This document shows positions 34,951 through 46,945 of a stretch of DNA of 64,000 nucleotides, one piece after another (within the stretch, counting starts at the first letter, position 1; each line of letters opens with the position of its first letter). The stretch comes from Basidiobolus meristosporus CBS 931.73 (Eukaryota; Fungi; Basidiobolomycota). The stretch is taken from assembly GCA_002104905.1 (NCBI GenBank), contig MCFE01000281.1, positions 1-64,000 of the forward strand. Direction: 5' to 3'. Position numbers and translations under genes: made by a program. The notes beneath the pieces were generated by a model, which did not search any database, was not told the DNA's origin, and was given only the letters and a program-made list of their open reading frames with translations.

Positions 34951-35319
34951 ATTCTTCGGACCTTCCTTAACCTATTCTACGTGTTTGTAATGCCAAGACC
35001 AGGTAAAAGTATAAATACTACTTTTACATTCAATAAATCATTAAGTGAACACCACATAATCTACTTGTTCTCCCAATCACTTCCAATATCTCCAAGACTG
35101 TTACAACAGATATTCCTGTCATTGCAGATCTCCAAAACTTTGTCTGAGGGCTATTTAGGGCCTCTTTTACAGTCTGGGGCTCATCAATATGGACTGAATA
35201 GGTATAGGCTAAGTTTGTACTCCCGTTGATGTAGTAATTTGGGCTATCTCTTGTCTGATTGGATCTCCAGGCATTTGATACTGCAATGATCACTTGCAGT
35301 ATTCCTTAGGGTTAGTAAT

Positions 35320-38156
35320 TCACTCAGATCTGTGAGGACCTTTGCAAAATTTATCCCTGGGTGGGATGAAGTATTCAATCACTTTTATTGATGATTATAC
35401 AAGATACATATGGGTCTACTTCATTGGGAGAAAGGAAGAAGCTCTGTCTAAGCTTGGAGAGTTTAAAGCCATAGTGGAGAGAAATATTGGTGAAAAAATA
35501 AAGAAAATACACTCTGACAATGGTGGAGAATATAACTCAAAACTCTTCATCCACTTCTACAAGATTCATCAGATAAAGCAAGAGACTACTGTACCATACA
35601 CCCCACTGCAAAATGAAGTAGCAGAACATACAACAGATCAATAACTGATATGGCAAGATCTATGATCCATGATCAAAAAATGTCCTATGATTTTTAGGCG
35701 GAATCAGTTGCCAGAGCTGTATACTTTAAATATTAGAGTTACAATGGAATACTTTGTGATTCTACTCCATGTGAAGCATGGTATGAGTAAAGATCATGTG
35801 CAGAGTATCTAAGAATTTTGAGTGTACAGCATATGCCAAGAAACTGCCTGGAAATCAGTCAGAATTTGAGCCAAAAAGTGTAAAATGCAAATTTTTAGGC
35901 TACCTCAATGAGAGTGAAGCATACAGACTCTACAATACCAAAGCAAAGAAGCTAACCAAGTCCAGGGATGTGTTGCTTGATGTATATTCAAAATTTTGAC
36001 AAAAGATGACATCAGCTGATGACAAAAATCTGATCTTAACTCCACCAATTATCAAAATTGAATCGGAGCAAAACAATGAAAATTTCTCACTTCACAGGAC
36101 TCTACCACTATGGTTCAGCTTGAATCAGTGCCAAAGAATATCCCAGAGGTGAGCATTACAGTATCAAAGGCCTGGAGATCCAACCAGACAAGGAATAGCC
36201 CAAATTACTATATCAATGAGGGTACAAATTTAGCCTATGCCTATTTGGTCCATATTGATGGGCCCCAGACTGTAAAAGAGGCCCTAAATAGCCCTCAGAC
36301 AGAGTTTTAACAATCTGCAATGACTGAGGAATATCAGGCCCTGATGGAAAATCAAACTTGGGACTTGGTCAAATTACCAATCAACCAAAAATCAATTGGA
36401 TGCGCATGGGTCTTCAAGACAAAATACAAGGCTCATGGTGCAATTGAAAGATACAAAGTAAGACTTGTGGCCAAAAAATACTCTCAAACAAAAGGACTTG
36501 GCTATACTGAGACCTTTGTGCCCATAGCCAAGTTCAATATCATCAGATTGATATTGGCTACTGCAGCCAAATATAAGTATTTATACATCAAATGGATGTA
36601 ACAACTGCATTTTTGAATGGAGAGCCTGATGAGGACATGTACATGTACCAGCCTGATGGGTGTTTTGACCAAGATAGCTCCCATTTGGGCTGCAAGCTTA
36701 CAAAGTCAATATATGGTTTCAAACAAACACAAAGAGCCTGGAATCTGTGAGTTTCAAAAGGAGTAATGCTGACTATATTATATACTATAACCAGATAGAG
36801 CAAGTCCAGTTCTATTAGCTCTATATGTGGATGGTCTTGTTATAGCAACCAATAACCTAGCAACATTGAAAGTGACTAAATCCAGCCTATCTAAGGAGTT
36901 CAAAATGTGCAATCTAGGAGAACTTGTTACTACTTAGGGATAAGGTTTTCATGGACTGAAGCACCCAGACTATCACATTAAGTCAATCCAAGTATATTCA
37001 AGATATACTTAAGAAGTACCAAATAGAAGACTGTAAACCAGCAGCTACCCCAGTGGTGACAAACCTTGACCTGGTCAAAACTCAACCAAATCAAGAGAGC
37101 TTAGTGCCATCTGAAAGCCATGACTTTCCTTATTAATCTATGGTTGGCGGTCTGATGCATATCATGCTTGGAACACATCCAGATTTCTCATATTCAGTGG
37201 AAGTTATTGACCAACATAATCACAAGTATGCCTCTGATCATATGGTAGCAGTTAAGTGGATTTTTAGATACCAATAAAAAAAACTGGTATCTGCATAAGA
37301 TAAACTTACAAGGGACAGAACAGGATCTTGTGAGATACTCTGATGCTGATTGGGGACAAAATTTGGAAGACAGAAGATTCACCACAGGATACACCTTTCT
37401 TTACTCTAAAGGAGTAACTTCATGGAATTCAAGAAAACAACCAACCGTAGTACTTTCTACCATAGAGGCAGAGTAGATGGCAGCCTGTGAAGCTACAAGA
37501 GAGGCCACATGGGTACAAAAGCTTTTACAGACTTAGGCCTATGTGAAAGAGCACCTATTACTTCACTTCAAGATAACCAAAGATATATAGTACTAGTTAG
37601 AATTCCAACTTTTCATGCTGTAACAAAGCACATGGATATTAAACATTATTTCACATGTGAAATTATAGAGAGTAGCTTAGTTAGCTTAGATTACTGTTCT
37701 TCAGATAAAATGATTGCAGACATATTCACCAAACCAATATCTAGAGACAAGTTTGAATATTTTAGGTCAAAATTAGGACTAGCTAGAATGAGCATTTAGC
37801 TGAGTAGGGGTGTTGAAAAATTTGTAATTCCATCTGAATATTCATCTAACTTGGTCACTTTGATTGTACCTTCAAATCCTAGGGAATACTGACCAAACTC
37901 CTTGTTGGGATTTACTTAGAATATTTTCACTAAATATTAGGTACCCAGAACATGAATATCCTCAAAGTTGTCCAAAAAGCCCCAAGCTTTACAGTTATGC
38001 TCTTGGAATCTTCCTTAACCTACTCTACATGCCTCTAATGCCAAGACTATGTAAAAGTATAAATACTACTCTTACATTCAATATATCATTAAGTGAATAT
38101 CACATAATGTACTTGTCCTCCCAATCCCTTCCAATATCTCCAAGACTCTTACAACA
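35320..38156 (+). mobile_element. Degenerate copia X copy: IN-RT-RH, PPT and 3' LTR (37811-38156)
   Basis: ORF fragments FIDDYTRY, HSDNGGEY, WVFKTKY, QDNQRY and ADIFTK parallel 30450-32959. Confidence 0.85.
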
Positions 38157-39316
38157 AAAGAAACATCAAGTTGCCAGGAGAGTGCCAATAAGGGAGAAGA
38201 AAGCCAAAACAGATGTGTCAGAGCAGAATTTATCATGGAGAAAATGTAGTTCTTTACAAGAAGCACTCAGACAAAGTAGCAGTGAAAGCCATGGCAGTGA
38301 TAAAGGAAAAAGTAAAGGGAAAAATGGCTACCCAAGCCTGGAACAGGAAAGCATGCAAAAAAACTGCAGTTCTTGCCAATTAGTGCTGTAAGCCCAGAAC
38401 AGACTGAATCCCATCATAGCCAAGAAAAGTTACCAATAAGAAAACAGCTGTTTTCACAAGGGTTGGAAGCGCAGCCAGTTGAGCTACACTCCAGCAAGGT
38501 AGATGTGTTTGCAGAGAAAGGCAATTTGTCTACCACAGCCTCCACATCCCCCATTATTGATAGAGTGAAGATCCTACTGGCAGTCAAGGCTACAACATCA
38601 AGAGCTCAAGAGGCTATCACAATGCCCTCAGTGGAATTTGGAACACTAATAGGCACACCAAGTGGTTGCAGCACTTCTTCTAGAGCAGTGCTCAAGAAAA
38701 CACACTTGAATATTGCAAGGATTTATTACAAAGACTGGCAGATGAGGTGCTAGACCTTACAGTGCTGGCTGAGGACCCGGTCATGTGGGAACCAGTGAAT
38801 GAACAGTGGCATAAAGCCACAGGGTTCCTGCCAGAGATATGGAAACAGAGTGTCACAGCAGAAATACTTATTGAGTGGTGGATTTTAATGGAGTTACCAA
38901 CTGAGTGTGGGGTTGGGCTTAATGTTAGTGTGGGGCACAGGGACTTGTATAGGCCAATACAATTGGCAATCGAGGTACAACTGAAGTTTCAACCAAAATA
39001 AATCAATTTTTAGGCATAAAAGTAAGAGAAACAGTTGAGTCAGGAAGTAATGAGTTTAAAAAAGAGGTAATTACCAATCAATGTACACAAATGCAGATGG
39101 TGCTTAAGTGTCTAGGATCAGAAAGTGAGCAAATTGGCAGGGACCCAATCAAAAGCCACTTATACATTGATGTGATGAAACATTTTGACTAAGTTTTTTG
39201 TGAAATCTGGGGTGCAATTATTTTTGAACAGTCACTGCACAGTGTCTTGACAGAATCAGTACCTTTTAGTCATGGGACTTTGAACTTTTGACAGCCTTTT
39301 GACAGGATCATCATAA
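38157..39316 (+). repeat. Unclassified interspersed repeat family U
   Basis: Aligns to the reverse complement of about 45987-46930 and about 52490-52750. Contains a degraded ORF (...EDPVMWEPVNEQWHKA...). Confidence 0.65.
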
Positions 39317-39334
39317 TATTTTCTCATAGAGAAA

Positions 39335-40613
39335 GAGTTCAAGATGTTCAATCTGGGAGAACTCTGTTACTACTTAGGGATAAAGTTCTCAACAGACTGA
39401 AGTTCCCACACTATCACCCTAAGCCAATCCTAATATATTCAAGTTATACTCAAGAAGTACCAAATGGAACACTGTAAACTAGCAGCTACACCAATGGAGA
39501 CAAACCTTAACTTGGTCAAAACTCAACCAATTCAAGAGAGCTTGGGGCTAACTGAAAGCCCTGACTCTCCTTATCAATTTATGGTCAGCATTTGGATGTA
39601 TATCAAGCTTAGAACATGTCCAGATATGTCATATTCAGTGGGAGTTGTCAGCCTATTTAATCAGAACTACGGATCTGATCATATAGCAGCAGTTAAGCGG
39701 GTTGTTAGATATCTAAAAGGAGCAGCTGTTATCTGCTCAAGATACACTTATAAGGATTCAGAATAGAATCTTATTGGATACTCTGATGCTAATTTTGGAT
39801 GATATTTAGAAGACAGATGTTCCACCACAGGATATACCATTCCTATTGTTGAGGAGCAATTTCATGGAATTCAACAAAGCAACCAACTGCAGCACTCTCT
39901 ACCACAGTGGCAGAGTATATGGCAGTCTGTGAAGCTGCAAAAGAAGTACTGTGGCCAAGAAAGATTTTCTTACAGATTTAGGTCTATGTCAAAAAATGCC
40001 CATTACATTTTTTCAAGATAATCAAGGATGTATACCATTAGGTAGAAATCCAACTCTTCATGCTGGAACAAAGAACATAGATATTAGACATCATTTCATT
40101 CATGGAGCTATAGAAAACAACGTAGTTAGCTTAGTAGACTATCCTTCAGATGAAACAATTGCAAACATCTATATCAAACCATTAGCTAGAGACAAGTTTG
40201 AATATTTTAGATCCAAATTAGGACTAGTTAGTATGAGCATTTAGCTGAGTGGGACTGTTGTAAGAATTTGTGATTACAACTAAGTATTCACCTAACTTAG
40301 TCACCTAGATCATTGCCTTCAAATCCTGAGAAATACTGACCAAATTCCATGTTGGGATTTACTTGGAATATTATCACCAAAATACCAGGTAACCAGTACA
40401 TGAAAATTAGATAAGTTGTCCAAGCAGCTACAAACTTTGCACACATGTTCTTGCGACCTTCCTTGACCTATTCTATGGGCTTTTTATGCCAAGACCATGT
40501 AAAAGTATAAGTACTTCTTTTATATTCTATAAATCATCAAGTGAAGACCACATAATTGACTAGTCCTACCAATCACATCCAATCACATCCAATATCTCCA
40601 AGACTCTTAGAAT
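39335..40613 (+). mobile_element. Degenerate copia X RT-RH end, PPT and 3' LTR (40256-40613)
   Basis: YIKLRTCPDMSYSVG, QDNQGC, catttagctgagtggga, then LTR. Confidence 0.85.
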
Positions 40614-41044
40614 ACTACATGCATGAGGCCATTGGGATGCTGTCTATGGACAAGAATAAGACATCAAGTATTAGAAGAAAGAGCAGAGTGTTGTAAAGAA
40701 ATGTAATTCAGCCTAAACATTTACCTATCTTAGTCACTTAGCTCATTACTTTCAACTCTTAGAGAAAACTCACCTGATGCTTGTTAGGATTTAGTTGAAA
40801 CATTCTCACCAAAAATCAGGTACCCAGTGTTGTAAGAGTGTTGAAAATACTTGAAGATATTAGACTTGTTCCGTTGGATAGTGCCACATAGTGCCAGCCG
40901 GTTTATAGTGCCGGATCAATCTGGCACTCTACAGCACTATCTGGCACTATAATTTCTACCATGATGCCAGTGGTATGATACAGTTACTGGTAATTTTACT
41001 CAATCTTACTTATGTTGCTCAGAATAGTGCTTTCCTTGCTTTAT

Positions 41045-41928
41045 TTACTCTTCATAATGCTCCAGACACATTTCTCTCAGTGGATGTCTTCTTGTATGAA
41101 CATACTGTGCATTGATAAGTATCTTAACTATTTTACCTATTCTGCTGTTTTCTCCTATATATGACTTTCCTCTGTATTTACCTGCCAATAGCTGAATCTC
41201 TTCAGATATCCAAATGTGTGCTCTACCCTTGCTCTGAAATGATTAAATATCTCATTGTAGAGCTTCTGCTTCCTGCTAAGCACACCATTCCTTGGCTTCC
41301 TATAAGCTGTAATACATCCTAATCTCTGACAATCCTCTCCTATATAGGCCAAGTCTGCCATACATTTCTCCCCTCTACTGAATTCAGGATGATTCTCTAC
41401 CCAGAGTGCTTTGTCATGCCTACTTCCAGCAAATGGCCCACTAAACCAGATGATGTTACCCTCAATGTCAGACAGTGCTTGAAACTTCACACAGTGTGCC
41501 TTGTACTTGCCAGAATAAAAGTGCCTCTGCCCTCTAGAAGGTCTGTTAATCCTCACTGGGAAGGTATCCAAAATACTCCTGATATGGAACCTGTTGCTGA
41601 ACACTCTGGGATATGGAAGTCTATTGGAGCTTCTGAACCTAGTATTCCAAGCTTGCTCTAAGTCATTCATACCCTCTGCAAGGTGGTTCTCCATTGCTGT
41701 CAGCTGGGAATGAAAGCTTCTAGGACTTTTGTTGCCATGGATGGTGGGATGAAACCTTGTAGGGCAATAGTTCTTGTAATAGCAGAGAAGCTTAACAAGG
41801 GATCTCCTTGAGTAGATTGGGGTTGATGGTCCACAGTACTTGTAATAGATCTCCTCCAGTGTGTCAAAAGGAAATCCAGTGGTAGTGATGGGATTGATGA
41901 GAAAAGACCATTCAGATGAGTAAGTCAT
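41045..41928 (-). pseudogene. DDE transposase (DDE_Tnp_4, Harbinger/IS5-like) with a 1-nt frameshift near 41190
   Basis: ILDTF, FYSGKYKAHCVKFQ, GSRHD, MADLAY and RARVEHTFGYLKRF give the D-D-E triad. Adding one base continues the frame as LAGKYRG...HPLR to a stop at 41045-41047. Confidence 0.85.
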
Positions 41929-42380
41929 ATTAAAATTGATGGATGATTGTATGGTGGCGGTTTGAATTGATTTGGCGCAATCTGCGTTATTTATCTGATT
42001 TTTAACACATTATGGTTAAATCTCCATCAATTGCCATGTATCCCATCATTATGTTGCAAAAATCATCCGCAAACAATGCCTTGGTACTTTTATTGATGCT
42101 TTAATCATAGGTCTATAATCAAATAGGAAATCTGCAATTGATGTGATCTGATCCGTGTCAACGCGATCCAAGATGCATCATGCATAATATATGGAAAATT
42201 CAACAATCACTTTAGTTTTCATATATATTTCATATAAGACCAGGTTGATGCCAATATACTGCTGTATAAGTATCCAAATCTGTTGCTATGGTCCCCATAC
42301 CAAGCCTCAACTCATCTTTAGTACAACCCAGACAAAACCCATCCCCCAGCTCACAAGCGCGGTCCAGACCGGAAAAGTCA

Positions 42381-43529
42381 ATGTCGGATCCGTTTGAGTT
42401 CTCGCCAAATGATTTTAGTATGGCCCAAGTGTCTATGATGAGCCTTCATACAGATATTTGGGCACTACTGATTAATCTAGCAGAACTAGATACCTCAGAG
42501 AGTCAACAAAGATGGAAGAATTTGAGTAGAAAGCTGTGGCATGAGTTCTACATCAAGATGCCAGCCAATGTATGTAAAAAGATATATAACAAGACAAGTA
42601 TTGAAATCAAGAATGAGCTGAGAGTGAGGGGATTTGACGAGGAAGCCGCGCGGGAACGATTTTGCGCGCAATTTGCACAGTACGGGCCGGACGCGTCCAT
42701 TTGTGCCTCAACTTTGGGAACCAAAGAGATTTTGAATGAGTTTTTGCCTCAAATGACTAATGTACTACGTGATATATTAGTAGAGCTAAGTGGCTTCCAA
42801 GAGCAATATACACAGGACTCATCCAGGCAACAGCTCCAAAGTATCAGACAGAGGGTAAGTGAATACCTTGAGGAATCAGATGGTGAGCTTCAGGAGGAAG
42901 AATACAGACCACAAGCAACATCGTCCAGATTGCGCCAGCATGCCTTGCTGGATTCCCTACCATCTCTTGCAACCACAGCGCGCCGGCGCACGTCAGTCCA
43001 GACCACGCCAACACCCTTTACCAGAACGCCCCACGTCGAGTCAACGCACGTGCTTCAGAGCAAAACTACCAGAACTCGCCAAACTGCTCATTTAGACACA
43101 AGTCCATTGGAGCGGACCAAGTTGCATCAACATGCGGCATCACATTGAACTCAGCCAAGGGCCATCTCAACGCGTCAAGGTGCGCCTGCGCGTGCCGTTT
43201 TGCCTGACCATCAGCGAGTTACTTCTGGTGAACTGACTGATGATGACCAACATGAAGTGACTCAACCACCGGAGCCCTTGGCAAGTAAAAGAACGCGTCA
43301 GCGCGTGGCACTACAGGCCGGTTCAGTTGGTTCAGTTGGTTCAGTCGGAGCGATTCAGCGCGGCCAAGCTGCAGCATTGCACTCATCAACTAGGAGGCAA
43401 AATACTGACTCCAAATACACAAGTAGCCAAGATGATAGTCAGCCAGGAAGTAGTATAGGTGTGCAAAGTGAGTCACTACCAAATGCTTCAGTAGTAATCC
43501 CTGTGAGAAAAAAACCCAGGAGAAGATAA
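42381..43529 (+). pseudogene. Harbinger companion ORF2 (possibly Myb/trihelix-like), split by one in-frame TGA at 43146-43148
   Basis: ORFs 42288-43148 and 43200-43529 share a frame that is open on both sides of the TGA. RWKNLSRKLW...CKKIY is trihelix-like (inference). The C-terminal RKKPRRR resembles an NLS. Confidence 0.6.
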
Positions 43530-44555
43530 TGCAATCGCTTTGAATTGCTCATATTCGTAATGATCCCAACAACCCTTTTTTTTTGCGATCCGAATCGAGC
43601 CATTGCAAATCAGTGATCATCAAATTTTTGATATAAGTAATATCAAGGTCGTCTCACATTTGAGACAGAACCCCTATAAATAAACACCCTGCATATATAT
43701 ACGTCATCTGTAATACCAGTGCAGCTATTGGATCTGTTTTGCACCTACACAATTGCTTGCGTGCTAGCTATGACACCTTGCCCAATCACTAGGATCAGGG
43801 ATTTACTTGCTCAATGGGCAAAATGGGATATTTGATGGCAAATCAGGTAGCTTTTTCAGTAGTCAATGAGCCAATTGGGGGCTGCCAGCTTCAGGATACT
43901 TTTGGACCAATTAACCACTGAGATACCGTCCAATTAGAGTGAGAGTAACCAAAATGGTAAGTATCAGTGTAGTTTATAGTGTGATACACATTTATTTCCA
44001 TTTACATTAAAGAAACATATCCAAATACCGGATTTTACCTGCCATTATAGCGGTATCCGATTGCGCACGTGATGCAAGCATTACGAGTTGGCGCAATCAT
44101 CCGCGCCAACCTCATCGTGTCAGATTGTGCCATAGTGTGCGAGATCATCCCGCATAGTGCGAAATTGTCCAAGAACGATCCTGCCTTCTGGTAGCTATAA
44201 TATTGCGCCCGATTGTTCTTTGCAACCGCGGATCGCGCCGCGCGCCCTGGCACGGTACGATGGAACAAGTCTATTTGGAGAGCAAGTAGTATGAGTGGCT
44301 TTTGCCAAATTATTACTGAATATAAAATAATATTTGTACTATTACACAATTGTAGTAAGTAAGCATATAGGCTATAAAGGTCCTAGGAATATGAATCCCA
44401 AGCTTAGGGCTGTTTAGACAAAAATGCAAAATCTCACATTCTGGGACCTTAATGTTTGTGTGGAAATTTTTCAATCAAATCCCAACATGAAATTTGGTAA
44501 GAATTCTCCTAGATAGGTAGGTACTAATACTGAATATGCTTAGGATGATTCTGAG

Positions 44556-45200
44556 TGTTGCAAGAGTCTTGAAGATAATGGAAGTGACTAGGAGAGCCAG
44601 TAGATTATGTGATATTCACATAACAATTTTATGAATGTAAAAGAATTATTTATACCTTTAAGTAGCCTTGGCATAGTAAGCTCATAAATAGACTAAGGAA
44701 GGTCCAAAGAGCATTTGTGCAAAAATTTGGGCTGCTTAGACAACTTTGATAATTCTCATGTTTTGGGTACCTGCTATTTTGGTGATTATATTCTAAGTAA
44801 ATCCCAACAAGGAATTTGGTCAGTATTCTTTGGGATCTGTAGGTAATCTGATTTCAATGCAAAGATATTCTTAATCAATCCCAACAAGGAATTTGTTATT
44901 ACTCTCTAAGATTTCTAGGTAATGACTTAAGTAACTAAGTTAGGTGAGTATTTAGGTGAAATTGCAAGCTTTTACAGCACTCTCACTCAGCTACATGCTC
45001 ATACTGACTAGTCCTTATTTTGACCTAAGATATTCAAATTTGTCTGTATCAGATGGTTTGGTAGGTTTGTCGGCAATCATTTCATTTGTAGAATAATAAG
45101 TAAGTAAGGTTAGCTATGCTATGCTCTATAGCTTCTTGTATAAAATATATCTAAAATTTATGTGCTTGGTCATAACATGAGAAGTTTGATCTTGACCTAC
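44556..45200 (-). mobile_element. Copia X 3' LTR (44556-44978, internally rearranged) with PPT and end of RNase H
   Basis: Reverse-complement LTR match followed by ctctcactcagctacatgctcatactgactagtcc. Confidence 0.7.
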
Positions 45201-45270
45201 TGAGATAAATTAAACTGATTGCACCTAACCAATCCAACTCATTCTCACACAATCACCTACCAATATTTAT

Positions 45271-45985
45271 ATGACTTGCTCATCTGAGTGGTCCTTTGTC
45301 ATGAACCCCACTACTACTACTGGATTCCCATTTGGCATATCACAGGAGAGCTATATCAAGTACTCTAGATAATTTTCCACCATCTACTCAAGGATATCCC
45401 TTATAAGCTACTTGGTTGCTACAAGAACTATTGCTTGCAAGATTGTATCCCACTATATATGGCAACAAAGTCCCAGAAGCTTTCATTACCTAGCTAACAG
45501 CAATGAAGAATTACCTTTCAGAGGGTATGAATGGCTTAATCCAAACTTGAAATAGTAGGTTCTGAATCTCTATTGAACTTTCATATCCCAGAGTACTCAG
45601 CAAAAGGCATCATATCAGGAGTATTTTGGAGGCCTTCTCAGTACTGATCAACAGATCTTAAAGAGGGCAAAGGCATTTTTACTCTGGTAAATGCAATGCT
45701 AACTGTGTGAGGCTCCAAGTACTGTTGGACATTGTGGGTAACATCATTTGGCTCAGTAGGCTATTTTCTGGGAGTAAGCATGATAAAGTGTTACAGACAG
45801 AGAACCATCCAGAATTTGGTGAAGGGGTGAATATATGGCAGACTTGGCTTACATGTGAAGGGATTTCCATAAACTAGGTTGCATTACAGCCTATGGGGAG
45901 CCAGCAATAGTGTGCTCAGTCAGAAGCAGAAGCTGTAAAATGAGTTATTTGAGCATTTCAGTGTGACAGTAGTGCATATTCCTAT
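45271..45985 (+). pseudogene. Second, heavily degraded copy of the Harbinger-like transposase
   Basis: Starts MTCSSEWSFVMNPTTTTGFPF (compare MTYSSEWSFLINPITTTGFPF) and ends NSVLSQKQKL*NELFEHF (compare NGVLSRKQKLYNEIFNHF). Confidence 0.8.
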
Positions 45986-45986
45986 G

Positions 45987-46930
45987 AAAAGTTATTGTAA
46001 TGATCCCATCAAAAGACCATCTCAAATTTAAATGATCATGTCAGGGCACCATCCAGAGACTGTTGAAAAATAATTGCACCACCGATTTCACAAAAAACCT
46101 AGTCAAAATTTCTCATCATAACAATATATAAGTGGCTTTTGCTTAGTTCCCTGCCAATTTGCTCACTGTCTGATCCCACACACACTCTATTACCTTTTAT
46201 GCTGGTGTGCATTGATTGATTATGGCCTCTGTTTCACACTCCTTACATCCTGACCCAACTGTTTCACTTACTTTTCATGCATATAAATTGATTGATTTCC
46301 ATTGAAACTTCAGTTGTGCCTCAATTGCCAATTACATTGATCTATACAAGTCCCTCTACCATACACTTACACTAAGTCTAGCCCCACACTCAACAGGTAA
46401 CTCCATTAAGTTCACCACTTAATAAGTATTTTTGCTGTGACACTCTGATTCACAACTGTAGCAGGAACCCAACAGCTTTATGCCACTGTTTATTCACTGA
46501 TTCCCACATGTCCGGGTCTTCAGCTGGCACTGCAAGGTCTAGCACCTCATATGCCAGTCTTTGCAATAAATCCTTGCAATATTCCAGTGTGTTTTCTTGA
46601 GCACTACTCTTGAAGAAGTGCTGCAACCTCTTGGTGTGCCTATTTATGTTCCAAAATTCCACTGATGGCATTGTTATAGTCTTTTGAGTTCTTGATGTTG
46701 TAGCCTTAACTGCTGATGGGATCTCCACTCTGTCAATAATGAAGGGTGTAGAGGCTGTGGTAGACAAATTGTCTTTTTCTGCAAACACATCTACTTTGCT
46801 GGAGTGTAGCTCAACTGTCTGTGCTTACAACTCTTGTGAAAGCAGCGGTTTTCTTGTTGGTAATTATTCTTGGGTATGATGGGATTCAGTCTGTTCCAGG
46901 CATGCAGCATTAATTGGCCAGAACTGCATT
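45987..46930 (-). repeat. Unclassified repeat family U, copy 2
   Basis: Reverse-complement match to 38350-39316. ORF 46450-46788 parallels ORFs 38373 and 38747. Confidence 0.65.
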
Positions 46931-46945
46931 TTTTTTGTGTGCTTC

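Larger units (their letters stand above)
28282..35108 (+). mobile_element. Near full-length defective Ty1/copia LTR retrotransposon (family X) with nested insertions
   Basis: 5' LTR 28282-28631, PBS, then domain order gag-PR-IN-RT-RH, PPT (GAGTGGGAG at 32962-32970) and a 3' LTR split into 32971-33166 and 34951-35108. Flanks TCTTG/GATAT do not form a TSD. Confidence 0.92.
40862..44272. mobile_element. PIF/Harbinger-like DNA transposon, 3411 bp, with TIRs and 3-bp TSD ATT
   Basis: TIR AGACTTGTTCC (40862-40872) / GGAACAAGTCT (44262-44272), extending imperfectly to GTGCCA. ATT on both sides. The flanks rejoin as one minus-strand X LTR (gaag..ATT|tggag). Subterminal ATAGTGCC/GGCACTAT repeats at 40879-40950. 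Two divergent ORFs. Confidence 0.85.

Noticed and set aside
28277-35113. Target-site duplication for the main copia element
   Set aside because: Flanks TCTTG and GATAT differ and come from different parts of inverted copia copies, so the locus has been rearranged.
40879-40950. Short ATAGTGCC repeats as a CRISPR-like array
   Set aside because: They are 8-bp direct and inverted subterminal repeats just inside a transposon TIR, with no repeat-spacer periodicity and a eukaryotic context.
44035-44349. 104-aa minus-strand ORF at the Harbinger end
   Set aside because: It crosses the TIR into the flanking LTR, so it cannot be an element gene. Its openness is probably incidental.
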